Source: an uncultured Bacteroidota bacterium
Lineage (GTDB): Bacteria > Bacteroidota > Bacteroidia > Bacteroidales > VadinHA17
Length of the DNA stretch: 64,000 nt
Direction of reading: 5' to 3'
Assembly: GCA_963843415.1 (NCBI GenBank)
Contig: CAWJKD010000002.1
Location: forward strand, 322,400 to 386,399
The position numbers and the translations under genes were made by a program. Below, piece after piece: positions 9,873 to 19,294 of this stretch (position 1 is its first letter; every line of letters starts with the position of its first letter). The notes under the pieces are model-generated. The model was not told where the DNA came from. It did no database searches and worked only from the letters and a program-made list of their open reading frames with translations.

Positions 9873-11387
9873 ATGACTTCAGATGTAGTTATAGGTATAG
9901 ATAGCAGCACAACGGCCACTAAAGTGATAGCATGGGATTGCCTGGGAAACAATATTGCTGAGGCAAGCAGCCCTGTTCCGCTGATCTCCCCAATGTCATG
10001 CTATTATGAACAGAATCCTGACGACTGGTGGCTGTCTGCGGTAAAAGCCCTGAATAGGTTATTGCATCAGATCGATAAAGAACGGGTCGCGGCTCTTTCA
10101 ATCGCAAATCAGAGAGAAACTTTTGTAGCATTGAATAAAGATGGTGAGCCCGTCAGACCCGCCATTATATGGCTTGATGAGCGATGCAAAGAACAGGTGG
10201 ATAAATTCGCCGCGATTATTGGGGAGGATCGGATACACCGGATAACCGGTAAACCCAAAGATTATGCACCTGTGGCTTATCGTCTGGCCTGGATGAAGGA
10301 GCATGAGAACGATCTGTACAGAAAAGTTGACAAATTCTGTGATGTGTTGTCTTACCTGGTCCACAGGTTGACAGGCAATTTTAATACCAGCTGGGCGAGT
10401 GCCGATCCTCTCGGGATTTTCGATCTTGAAAATAAAAAGTGGTCATCTGATATTCTGCAAAAACTTGAAATAGTCACTGATCAGCTGCCTGTTCCATGTT
10501 GTCCGGGAACAGTGATCGGACAGATCACAAAAGCTGCAGCAGAGGCAACAGGATTAATTACCGGTACACCTGTAGTTGCCGGTGGTGGTGATGGTCAGTC
10601 GGCAGGACTGGGTGTTAATGCCTTAACTCCGGAGAGGGCTTACCTGAATCTTGGAACTGCGGTTGTTTCCGGGACGTTTGTTAAAGATTATGTTACTGAT
10701 AAGGCATTTCGCACAATGTCGAGTTGTTCGGATAACGGGTATTATTGTGAGACAAGTTTACGTGCAGGTACATTTCTCATCGACTGGTTGATTCATCAGG
10801 TACTTAAGATTGATACATCTGCACATAAGGATATTTATCAGCTTCTTGAAGAGGAAGCAAGGATGATTCCAGAAGGAAGCGAGGGACTGTTGATACTTCC
10901 ATATTGGAATGCTGTAATGAACCCCCACTGGGACTCTGATGCCCGTGGTTGTATGATAGGTCTTTCGCCGGGTCACCACCGTGGCCATCTTTACAGGGCA
11001 ATTCTTGAAGGAATAGCGATGGAGCAGTCTCTTGCAACAGGATCGGTTGAAAGATCGGTCGGGAGAAAAATAGAAGAATTTGCGCTCATCGGCGGCGGGG
11101 CAAGAAGTGAACTGTGGCGTCAGATTATCGCCGACACCTGCAATAAAAAGATACTTCAAATGGCTTCTGAGGAAGCATCCTCTCTTGGTGCAGGAATCTC
11201 GGCGGCTGTTGCCGTCGGTTGGTACCCGTCATTTGAAGCAGCTGCAAAGAATATGACTCATGTAATAAACGTTACTGAGCCGATACCCCAGAATGTGAAA
11301 CAGTATCAGGATCTGTTATTGATTTATAGTGACATCTACCCGAATAATAAGGGGATCTTTAAAAAGATACGTTCTTTTATATCCTGA
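9873..11387 (+). CDS. FGGY-family carbohydrate kinase (xylulokinase/LsrK-like)
   Basis: 504 aa. The N-terminus IGIDSSTTATKVIAW and later motifs (GGGDGQSAGLG, LIGGGARSELW) are typical of FGGY kinases. It ends in a TGA stop. Confidence 0.85.
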   Translation: MTSDVVIGIDSSTTATKVIAWDCLGNNIAEASSPVPLISPMSCYYEQNPDDWWLSAVKALNRLLHQIDKERVAALSIANQRETFVALNKDGEPVRPAIIWLDERCKEQVDKFAAIIGEDRIHRITGKPKDYAPVAYRLAWMKEHENDLYRKVDKFCDVLSYLVHRLTGNFNTSWASADPLGIFDLENKKWSSDILQKLEIVTDQLPVPCCPGTVIGQITKAAAEATGLITGTPVVAGGGDGQSAGLGVNALTPERAYLNLGTAVVSGTFVKDYVTDKAFRTMSSCSDNGYYCETSLRAGTFLIDWLIHQVLKIDTSAHKDIYQLLEEEARMIPEGSEGLLILPYWNAVMNPHWDSDARGCMIGLSPGHHRGHLYRAILEGIAMEQSLATGSVERSVGRKIEEFALIGGGARSELWRQIIADTCNKKILQMASEEASSLGAGISAAVAVGWYPSFEAAAKNMTHVINVTEPIPQNVKQYQDLLLIYSDIYPNNKGIFKKIRSFIS

Positions 11388-13368
11388 CACCTATAACCAG
11401 TATATCATCCGTCTGATCCTCCTTATACTCTTCCCTCCATGCTTCAATCTCCTCATTCAGTCTGTCACTCTGTTCAGGCATTGATAATTCCTGTATGCTT
11501 GTGAGGAAGGATTTAAACCTGCCACTCTGATATTTTTTACGAAGCTTACCTCCAAACTGATCAATAAAACCATCGGAGAATAAATAAAGTGTATCATCTA
11601 CACTTAATAGAATTTTCTCTGACATAAACTGACTTCTGCCTGTTTCACTTTGCTCTTCCCTCAGATTTCTGGCCTTGTATTCAATTAGTTCACCATCTGA
11701 CACTCTGTATAAGGGATTCATTACGCCTGCATAGGTCACAATATTTGTATTAATATCAAGCACACAAAGAGCTATATCCATATCATCCGACAAACCTGCT
11801 CCTGATGTACCCTGGCCCAGGAACCTGTGTATTTTTGCATATAAATGTTGTAAAATACTATACGGATCAGTCAGTTTAATCTCATTTACTGCCTGGTCGA
11901 GGATACCGTAACCCAGAGTACTTAGGAGCGCTCCGGGGATCCCGTGTCCTGTGCAATCAGCTGCAGCAAATATTACCAGACTACCCTGTCTGCTGAAAAA
12001 GTAGAAATCACCACTGACAATATCCTTGGGTTTAAACAAAACGAAGCTCTCAGGCAGGCACTCACGGATAAAAAGGTCATCAGGCAGATAAGTCCCCTGG
12101 ATACGTCTCGCAATATTATAACTTCCCTCAACTTCCCTGATGGCCTCTTCAATTTTTCTGTTCCTTATCCCGAATATTTTGTCAACTTCAGGAGGTATCG
12201 TGACCATGCTCCTGATCTGTAAATTCATTTCCCTGATTTCATTTAAGATCCTCTGGATATTACCATGAGGTTTGATGGCATATGATAGTTTTCTGATCCT
12301 GTTCGGATTGACAGGATATGCTTCGTAATCAATATCCTTCAAAAGTGAAGGGATCATTCTGACAAGCTCACGGTCTTTTTCTTTTTCAGCTTCAGACAGG
12401 TCTTCATACGGAATGATGCTTGGATGGGTCTTCCTGGTATTATCCTTTGCAGGGCCGAAGAACCAGCCGTGTAGTATTTTATCCCAGCACCATCTTATAT
12501 GTTCAACTTTTGCCATTGTTTCGATCTCTTCTACAGTGAGATGAAGAGCTGCTGATTTATATCCCTTCCCGACTGGGCGTATCTTAAAACCTATTGACAA
12601 CAGCTTGGTCGGGATATGAAATGCATTATCAAGATTTGAGTGTTTGATCTCCTCGGGCAGTTTGTCAAATTCGGTTATATTTTTATCGCCCGTATTGAGG
12701 ATCCATGGAATATAAATTTTCTTTTGAGATCCTGAAGTCTGTTTTCTCATCTCATTCAAATACTTTGAATGGATAACTCTGGCAAGCCTCGCAACCATTT
12801 TATCGTTTATTTCCGTGATCTCCTCAGACCGTATCACTTCATATCCGATTTTTTTCAGCTCAACAGGAATCAGATGATTCAACTCAATGAAAAAGCGTTT
12901 TCTCTTATCCGGTAAATCCTGAAAAGATATCCGGTCAGGATCAGATTCTTTATTTGGTGCATCCGTATGTGCAAGGAGAGATTTTTTCCCCGGGGCTCCT
13001 TCATAGTCAATCCTTGCCATCTGCTCAAGTTCATTATAAGGTATCAGGCATGTCCTGCAGAAATCTCTGTACTGGCGGATACAGAGGTTTAACGACCTGA
13101 GCTTCACAGGTACCTTTAAGGCATATGCATACCAATCAAATTTCTCCTCATCCGAAAGTTTGCTGAACTCTTTTTTGAACGTATATGGCGAAGAAAATAA
13201 GTGTTTAGTGCGCTGAATATCTTTGTAGAAATACCTCGCAATAGAGTCAATGAAGATCTTTCTATGATCGGACCAGTTATTTGACAGATCCTGAATCAGG
13301 TTATTATCAGGATCATAAATAATCTCAGTCCATGGCAGTATTTCATTATTTAAAGCCTGTGTTGTCAT
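11377..13368 (-). CDS. RyR-domain protein with a C-terminal SpoIIE/PP2C-type serine phosphatase domain (SiaA/RsbU-like)
   Basis: 663 aa.
- The RyR-like block is MAKVEHIRWCWDKILHGWFFGPAKDNTRKTHPSIIPYEDLSEAEKEKDRELVRMIP.
- A weaker upstream copy reads ARLARVIHSKYLNEM...NLDNAFHIPTKLL.
- C-terminal PP2C/SpoIIE motifs are SGDFYFF, ADCTGHGIPGALLS and SDGFIDQFGG. Confidence 0.75.
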   Translation of the reverse strand: MTTQALNNEILPWTEIIYDPDNNLIQDLSNNWSDHRKIFIDSIARYFYKDIQRTKHLFSSPYTFKKEFSKLSDEEKFDWYAYALKVPVKLRSLNLCIRQYRDFCRTCLIPYNELEQMARIDYEGAPGKKSLLAHTDAPNKESDPDRISFQDLPDKRKRFFIELNHLIPVELKKIGYEVIRSEEITEINDKMVARLARVIHSKYLNEMRKQTSGSQKKIYIPWILNTGDKNITEFDKLPEEIKHSNLDNAFHIPTKLLSIGFKIRPVGKGYKSAALHLTVEEIETMAKVEHIRWCWDKILHGWFFGPAKDNTRKTHPSIIPYEDLSEAEKEKDRELVRMIPSLLKDIDYEAYPVNPNRIRKLSYAIKPHGNIQRILNEIREMNLQIRSMVTIPPEVDKIFGIRNRKIEEAIREVEGSYNIARRIQGTYLPDDLFIRECLPESFVLFKPKDIVSGDFYFFSRQGSLVIFAAADCTGHGIPGALLSTLGYGILDQAVNEIKLTDPYSILQHLYAKIHRFLGQGTSGAGLSDDMDIALCVLDINTNIVTYAGVMNPLYRVSDGELIEYKARNLREEQSETGRSQFMSEKILLSVDDTLYLFSDGFIDQFGGKLRKKYQSGRFKSFLTSIQELSMPEQSDRLNEEIEAWREEYKEDQTDDILVIGVRI

Positions 13369-13370
13369 TT

Positions 13371-14288
13371 TTAAACATCACTGCTGCTCTTCTTTATGAA
13401 TTCAAACGGGAATTTTGACATCCTCGATAACTCTTTACCGACCTCAAGCATATCCATGTCATCTGCTTCATAATGCCATCTGATTGCAGTGTCTTTTCCT
13501 TTTGAAGGAATTGTAGCTATCTTTTTGCAAAAATCCAGTATGTATTTTGCTGACGAAGAGTTAAAATATTCAAAATCAAAGTCAAAAACAACCGGATCCT
13601 TCCTTTCATTATATCTCACCAGATGCTGCGAATAATCGTCCATCCAACTTAGTATTTCCCCATAGAAATTGCCTACATCAGGAGGTCGCGATTCGCCTGA
13701 AATTTGAAACTTACTGTTTTCAGGATCGAGAATTACTCCCGGTGAATTTGTTGTCTGATCAATAATTAACTTTCTCATGACAGATTTATTTATTGATATA
13801 TCTATATTGAATTCAGAGATGTTCTTATTAATACTCTGGAAGGTGAAATCAATTTTATTCCCCGACTTTAATCTTAGTATAATAAAGCCCAGTCCTGCAC
13901 CATTTTCAAAATCCAGCGGTTCCTTGTTGATCATATGCTCGTACATAACAGTAAGGACTTCACGTTCCATCTGATTAATATGGGTAAGCTTGTCTGTAAG
14001 CTTCTTTCTTTCAACTTCTTCAATGGGATTGCCGGCTCTGATAACAATCTTGTCATTTTTTTCTTCAACTGAGAGAAAGGGTTGAAATTTCAGATTTTCG
14101 GGGAATTGTTTTACCGAATGTCTTGCTATATTTTCAAGACACTCAACAACTATTGCATATACCCTTTTCCCGGTTGTTTTTTGTAATCTGGTGAACTCCC
14201 GGGTGTTCTTCAATTTTATTAAGAGGTGATCAATCTTATCGTGATCGACAGGTCCTTTGTAACTCAGGATTATCCCTGACTCATGCAT
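13371..14288 (-). CDS. Fusion of a SiaB-like kinase domain (DUF6272, GHKL-like) and a SiaC-like regulatory phosphoprotein domain (DUF1987)
   Basis: 305 aa.
- The N-terminal half (GIILSYKGPVD...VVECLENIARHS...ENGAGLGFIILRLKSGNKIDF) matches the SiaB-family pattern as I recall it.
- The C-terminal half (SPGVILDPENSKFQISGESRPPDVGNFYGEILSWMDDY...FDFEYFNSSSAKYILDF...IRWHYEADDMDMLEVGKE...FPFEFI) matches DUF1987 closely.
- The gene ends 3 nt upstream of the phosphatase gene. Confidence 0.7.
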   Translation of the reverse strand: MHESGIILSYKGPVDHDKIDHLLIKLKNTREFTRLQKTTGKRVYAIVVECLENIARHSVKQFPENLKFQPFLSVEEKNDKIVIRAGNPIEEVERKKLTDKLTHINQMEREVLTVMYEHMINKEPLDFENGAGLGFIILRLKSGNKIDFTFQSINKNISEFNIDISINKSVMRKLIIDQTTNSPGVILDPENSKFQISGESRPPDVGNFYGEILSWMDDYSQHLVRYNERKDPVVFDFDFEYFNSSSAKYILDFCKKIATIPSKGKDTAIRWHYEADDMDMLEVGKELSRMSKFPFEFIKKSSSDV

Positions 14289-14496
14289 TTTACTTTGTTT
14301 TATCCTTATGAATATGAAAATAATGATTGCCGGCCGAATGATTTAACAGTCACGTTTGTAGAGCCACCAAAAATATTTTTCTATAATCATAATATTTGCT
14401 AACTTGAATATCTTTAAGCAAAGATAAACTATAAGATTCTGATAGGGTATATCGACTGGTTTTATTTTCTGGCAGAATTCACTTTATTTAATATCT

Positions 14497-17400
14497 ATGA
14501 GCGAATCCATTTTAAAAGCGTTGATGCAGCTCTTTGCACTTATGGTCGACGTACATGATGATACTGTCATCACAGTCTCAGAAAGAGATATCGTAAGATC
14601 GTTCCTGTCACGTCTTCTTAATAATGAGTTGGTTGACAGGTATTTGAAAATGTTTGAAGAATTCCTTCAGCTTTATAATACAGAGAAGATAGTTAAAAAC
14701 AGTATAAAGGACAGGAAGCGCACTTCACTGAATGCCGTGAGAATACTTGCAATATGTGAAAAGATTAACAACGAGCTCCAGCAGAAACAGAAAATATATG
14801 TTCTGGTACAGCTGATGGACTTTATATCTTCAGGTAAAGAAATAACGGAAAACAAGCTGGACTTTATTCAGACTGTCGCAAATGCATTTTATATATCTGA
14901 GAATGAATATCAGGACATTAAAAGCTTCATCCTTGGAACTTTATATGATATTCCGGGGAAGGGGAAAGTGCTGATTATTGATAATAAGAAGGAAAAAGAT
15001 CTTGAAGATGTAAAGCATATCTTCAACGAAAACCTGAAAGGCCGGATCTCATTTCTTAATATTTCCAGTACAAATACATACATTTTGCGATACTCAGGTG
15101 ACGGAGATCTCTATCTTAATGGTCAGCACATTCATGAAAGCCAGACCTATATTTTTGATCATGGTTCATCAGTCAGGGGATCAGGGATAAATCCTGTGTA
15201 TTATACAGAAATTGTAAGCCTTATCTCAGAAGCGACAGATGGATTAAAAGTAATTTTTGAAGCCCATGATGTCTCTTTTGAATTCACGAACAGCGAAAAT
15301 GGCATTCATAATCTGGAGTTTTATGAAGAATCAGGCAAACTTGTCGGTATCCTGGGCGGAAGCGGGGTTGGCAAATCCACTACCTTAAGTGTTCTCAGCG
15401 GAACTTTGGAACCCCAGAACGGAAACGTAATGATAAATGGATACAACCTTTACATTGATAATGAAAGGGACAGTCTGAAAGGGATCATCGGTTTTGTTCC
15501 GCAGGACGATCTTTTAATAGAGGAGCTGACAGTTTATCAGAACCTTTATTATAATGCAAGGATGTGCCTCGATAAATTCCCTGAAAACAAGATAGTTGAG
15601 ATAGTAAACAAGACACTTTCCGATCTCGATCTTGATGAAATCAAAGATCTGAAAGTAGGTAATCCCCTAAAAAAAATAATTAGCGGCGGACAAAGAAAAA
15701 GAGTCAATATAGCCCTTGAACTCCTTCGGGAGCCAACAATCCTCTTTGTTGATGAGCCAACCTCAGGTCTCTCCTCAGTCGATTCGGAAATCGTAATGAA
15801 CCTGCTCAAGGAACAGACATATATCGGGAAGCTTGTTATTGTGAATATCCATCAGCCATCTTCTGAACTGTACAAGATGTTCGATAAAATAATGATTATT
15901 GACAAAGGTGGGTACCAGATCTATTATGGAAATCCAACAGAAGCCATTGTCTATTTTAAAACCCAAAGCAATCACCCTAATCCTGATGAAGATCAATGTG
16001 TTAAATGCGGAAATATAAACACCGACCAGATCCTTCAGATAGTGGAGGCAAAGGTCGTTGATGAGCATGGAAAAGCAACTCAGATAAGGAAAGTCACACC
16101 ACTGGAATGGGCTGAAAAGTTCAGGCAGATCGTTCCCGAGGTAAAGGGAAAGGTTACATCTGAGAAGCAAAAACTTCCGGAAAATAATTATAGCATCCCC
16201 GGATTATTAAAACAATCAAGGATATTCTTTACACGTGATGTATTATCAAAACTAGCCGACAAACAATATATCCTGATAGGCTTGCTTGGTCCACCGTTTC
16301 TTGCCTTTCTTCTTGCATATTTCACCAGATATTCAGAGGAATCGTCATATAAATTCAGTGAAAATGAAAATATCCCGGCATTCATGTTCATGTGTGTTAT
16401 AACTTCAATGTTCTTCGGGTTGATGATCAGTTCGGAAGAAATAGTGAAAGACAGGAAGATACTAAAAAGGGAATCATTTCTTAACCTGAGCTGGTTCAGT
16501 TACCTTAATTCGAAGATCATGATAATGTTCATACTGTCAGCTGTTCAGACTTTATCCTTTGTCCTTATCGGTAATTTTATTCTCGGAATTAAGGGAATGA
16601 CGCTGAGCTACTGGCTTGTTCTGTTTACCACCTCCTGTTTTGCAAATGTGCTGGGCTTAAATATTTCATCAGCATTTAATTCAGTAATTACGATTTACAT
16701 TCTGATTCCGTTTGTAATCATCCCTCAGCTTTTGTTCAGCGGAGTTCTTGTAAAGTTTGATAAGCTTCATATAAGTAAATTTTCCACCCGTGAATTTGTT
16801 CCGGTGATAGGAGATGTAATGACTGCCCGATGGGCGTTTGAGGCACTTTCGGTACATCAGTTCAAGGACAATAAGTTTGAAAAGAATTTTATAGAATATG
16901 ACATTGCAGAAAGCCAGAATAACTATTACGCATCTTTCCTGATTGATAATTTAAAACTTAAGCTTCAGGAGTTCAATTCGGATAAGGAAAATCCTGATCG
17001 TTTAAATGATCTTAAAGACAATTTTGCAAAATTTAGTCATTATATGAATGATTTATCCTTACTGGCACATTTATCAACAGGTACCTGGAAAGATTCACTT
17101 AACATTGAATTCTTTAATCCGGCGATAAGCAAAAAAGCCGAAAATCATCTTAACTCTTTAAAATACAAATTCATCCAATTCAGGAAGAGGGCCACAAATT
17201 TAAGAGATTCTGTATCAGGATCACTTATTGAGCTGTTGGGCAGAGATCAACTGGTTGTACTTCAGGATGATTATGTGAATTTAAGACTTTCAGACATTAT
17301 CCTTGACAGACCAACGCTTGATGCTTCTTACGAAACTCATAACAGAATAATTCAAAAATATGAACCGGGCTTTATGAAGCCCGAAGCAAAATTCGGGAGG

Positions 17401-17577
17401 GCTCATTTTTTTGCTCCCTTCAAAAAAACAGGAAATATCGAGATTGATACTTACTGGTTTAATCTGATAGTTATCTGGATAGTATCGATATTATTGTACC
17501 TTATTTTGTATTATAAGATATTGCAGAGGTTTGTCACATTTTACGGAAATCTTCGCATTAAACCACCCGAAAAATAA
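14497..17577 (+). CDS. ABCG-like (ATPase + ABC-2 permease) half-transporter with a ~270-aa N-terminal TerB-like/beta-rich region and a long C-terminal extension
   Basis: 1026 aa. Walker A GGSGVGKST, signature ISGGQRKRV and Walker B LFVDEPTSGLS. About six TM helices lie at residues 590-790. The C-terminal extension ends in one more TM helix (FNLIVIWIVSILLYLILYY). Confidence 0.8.
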   Translation: MSESILKALMQLFALMVDVHDDTVITVSERDIVRSFLSRLLNNELVDRYLKMFEEFLQLYNTEKIVKNSIKDRKRTSLNAVRILAICEKINNELQQKQKIYVLVQLMDFISSGKEITENKLDFIQTVANAFYISENEYQDIKSFILGTLYDIPGKGKVLIIDNKKEKDLEDVKHIFNENLKGRISFLNISSTNTYILRYSGDGDLYLNGQHIHESQTYIFDHGSSVRGSGINPVYYTEIVSLISEATDGLKVIFEAHDVSFEFTNSENGIHNLEFYEESGKLVGILGGSGVGKSTTLSVLSGTLEPQNGNVMINGYNLYIDNERDSLKGIIGFVPQDDLLIEELTVYQNLYYNARMCLDKFPENKIVEIVNKTLSDLDLDEIKDLKVGNPLKKIISGGQRKRVNIALELLREPTILFVDEPTSGLSSVDSEIVMNLLKEQTYIGKLVIVNIHQPSSELYKMFDKIMIIDKGGYQIYYGNPTEAIVYFKTQSNHPNPDEDQCVKCGNINTDQILQIVEAKVVDEHGKATQIRKVTPLEWAEKFRQIVPEVKGKVTSEKQKLPENNYSIPGLLKQSRIFFTRDVLSKLADKQYILIGLLGPPFLAFLLAYFTRYSEESSYKFSENENIPAFMFMCVITSMFFGLMISSEEIVKDRKILKRESFLNLSWFSYLNSKIMIMFILSAVQTLSFVLIGNFILGIKGMTLSYWLVLFTTSCFANVLGLNISSAFNSVITIYILIPFVIIPQLLFSGVLVKFDKLHISKFSTREFVPVIGDVMTARWAFEALSVHQFKDNKFEKNFIEYDIAESQNNYYASFLIDNLKLKLQEFNSDKENPDRLNDLKDNFAKFSHYMNDLSLLAHLSTGTWKDSLNIEFFNPAISKKAENHLNSLKYKFIQFRKRATNLRDSVSGSLIELLGRDQLVVLQDDYVNLRLSDIILDRPTLDASYETHNRIIQKYEPGFMKPEAKFGRAHFFAPFKKTGNIEIDTYWFNLIVIWIVSILLYLILYYKILQRFVTFYGNLRIKPPEK

Positions 17578-17643
17578 TTTTCATTTTCCGGCCGCTGTTT
17601 TAATCAGTTTTTGCTTATTGCCGGATTAAGGCTAATTTTGATC

Positions 17644-18621
17644 ATGAAACATTCGGAAATGAACCTGATACAAACGACAGATAAAATGATCGCTTCAAGT
17701 CTGTTATTACTTTTATTCCTTGATGCAGTCAGTTGCAGTAATCCGGTTGACGAAAAAAAGGTTTCACAGGAAGTTAAAAGTGTTAAGTCGACTGGTTATA
17801 ATTTATCGGTTCCCGATAAAACAATTCTTTTGCCGGGGGAACTTCACGAGATATCGGGAATAACTTTGATTGATCCATCTTCTCTGGCATGTGTTCAGGA
17901 TGAAAATGGGGTGATTTTCATATTTGACCTCTTGAAAAATGAAATAAGGGATCATCTGTTTTTTTATACCGACGGAGACTATGAAGGAATAGCCAGGGTC
18001 GATAATAAATATTATGTTCTGAGAAGCGATGCAACATTGTTTGAAATTTCAGATAACAGGTCTTTAAATACTGAACCGAAAATTTATTCAACAGGTATTC
18101 CGGCAAGCGATAGTGAAGGCCTCTGTTACGATAAGAAAACTAAAAGACTTCTGATCGCTCACAAAAGTAAACTTGAAAAAAGTCCTGAATTTAAAGACCG
18201 AAGTCTTATTTACGGATTTGATCTGAGATCCGGGACCCTTGTTGAACAACCGGTTTATGATTTTGATATGCAGGCAATAACGAGGTTCGCTCTGGATAAT
18301 AAGATTATTGTGCCGGATACGGACAAAAAGAAATCGAAAAAAGGTAAAAAGAAATCTAAGGAAAAAGAACCGGAAATTAATTTAAGACCTTCTGCCATCG
18401 GTATTCACCCTGTTACAAATAAATTATTTGTTCTCTCTGCCATGGAGAATAAGTTGTTCATATTCAGCAGGAACGGGACTATTGAACATATAGAAAAGCT
18501 CGATAAAGATATATTCAATATGCCTGAAGGGATAACCTTTTTTGATAACGGAGATATGCTTATATCAAATGAAGGTCAGAATAGTATAGCTACATTGTTG
18601 AGATTTAACTATAAACAGTAA
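17644..18621 (+). CDS. SdiA-regulated/YjiK-like beta-propeller domain protein (exported)
   Basis: The ATG at 17644 gives MKHSEMNLIQ... followed by a hydrophobic signal; the ORF-track TTG at 17611 is less likely. Motifs ISGITL, EGIA, SEGLCYD, PSAIGIHPVTNKLFVLS and PEGITF fit the family. It also has a Lys-rich insert, DKKKSKKGKKKSKEKE. Confidence 0.65.
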   Translation: MKHSEMNLIQTTDKMIASSLLLLLFLDAVSCSNPVDEKKVSQEVKSVKSTGYNLSVPDKTILLPGELHEISGITLIDPSSLACVQDENGVIFIFDLLKNEIRDHLFFYTDGDYEGIARVDNKYYVLRSDATLFEISDNRSLNTEPKIYSTGIPASDSEGLCYDKKTKRLLIAHKSKLEKSPEFKDRSLIYGFDLRSGTLVEQPVYDFDMQAITRFALDNKIIVPDTDKKKSKKGKKKSKEKEPEINLRPSAIGIHPVTNKLFVLSAMENKLFIFSRNGTIEHIEKLDKDIFNMPEGITFFDNGDMLISNEGQNSIATLLRFNYKQ

Positions 18622-18678
18622 TAGAATAAAATACCAAATCCTTATTCTCGCTCTCCGGAGCAATGAAAAGAAGCGGAT

Positions 18679-19275
18679 TCAATCCCTGTAATAAATTTCC
18701 AGAACCGCAACTTTTTCTTTAAAATCAATTTTTCTGATCTTTATTCTCACAATTTCTCTCCCGGTCAGCTCTGATACATCTTTTAACAGCTTTTGCTTTT
18801 TCCCTGCTTTGAGCAAATCGAGATTCTCGTAAACAATGCAGTGTGTTGTGCTATTGTATTTAATTGAGAATTTTTCAAGAATAAGTGCTGAAAGACAGAT
18901 TACTGAATCGAAGATCACAACTGCAATCCCGGGGATTTTCCCTAGCTTTAATGAAGTTATCACTGAAATCCCGATAACTGCAAAGATATAGGACATATCC
19001 TTTAGGCTAAAATTCCTTGTTCTGAACCTGAGTATGGCAAATATAGCAAACAGGCCAAAACCCATACCCATTTGCACAAACGCTGAATCCATCGCTGCCG
19101 CAAGGAAAAAGACTACTATACCCATCAGGAAAAAAGTAAAAACGAACTTTTCTTTCTTGGAGTACCTGAAATAAACAAGACGGATAAGTATGAATAGAAA
19201 AAACATGGTTATTACAAACCGTATTAACAACTCCCAAAAGTTCGGGTTACTCAGATCAAAGTAATCTTTAAACAT
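18679..19275 (-). CDS. DUF4956 domain membrane protein
   Basis: 198 aa with four or five TM helices. AILRFRTRNFSLKDMSYIF resembles the conserved xRFRTxxKxxxD block of DUF4956, a family usually found with CotH and VTC genes. Confidence 0.65.
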   Translation of the reverse strand: MFKDYFDLSNPNFWELLIRFVITMFFLFILIRLVYFRYSKKEKFVFTFFLMGIVVFFLAAAMDSAFVQMGMGFGLFAIFAILRFRTRNFSLKDMSYIFAVIGISVITSLKLGKIPGIAVVIFDSVICLSALILEKFSIKYNSTTHCIVYENLDLLKAGKKQKLLKDVSELTGREIVRIKIRKIDFKEKVAVLEIYYRD

Positions 19276-19294
19276 TGTATTAATTATTATAGAG

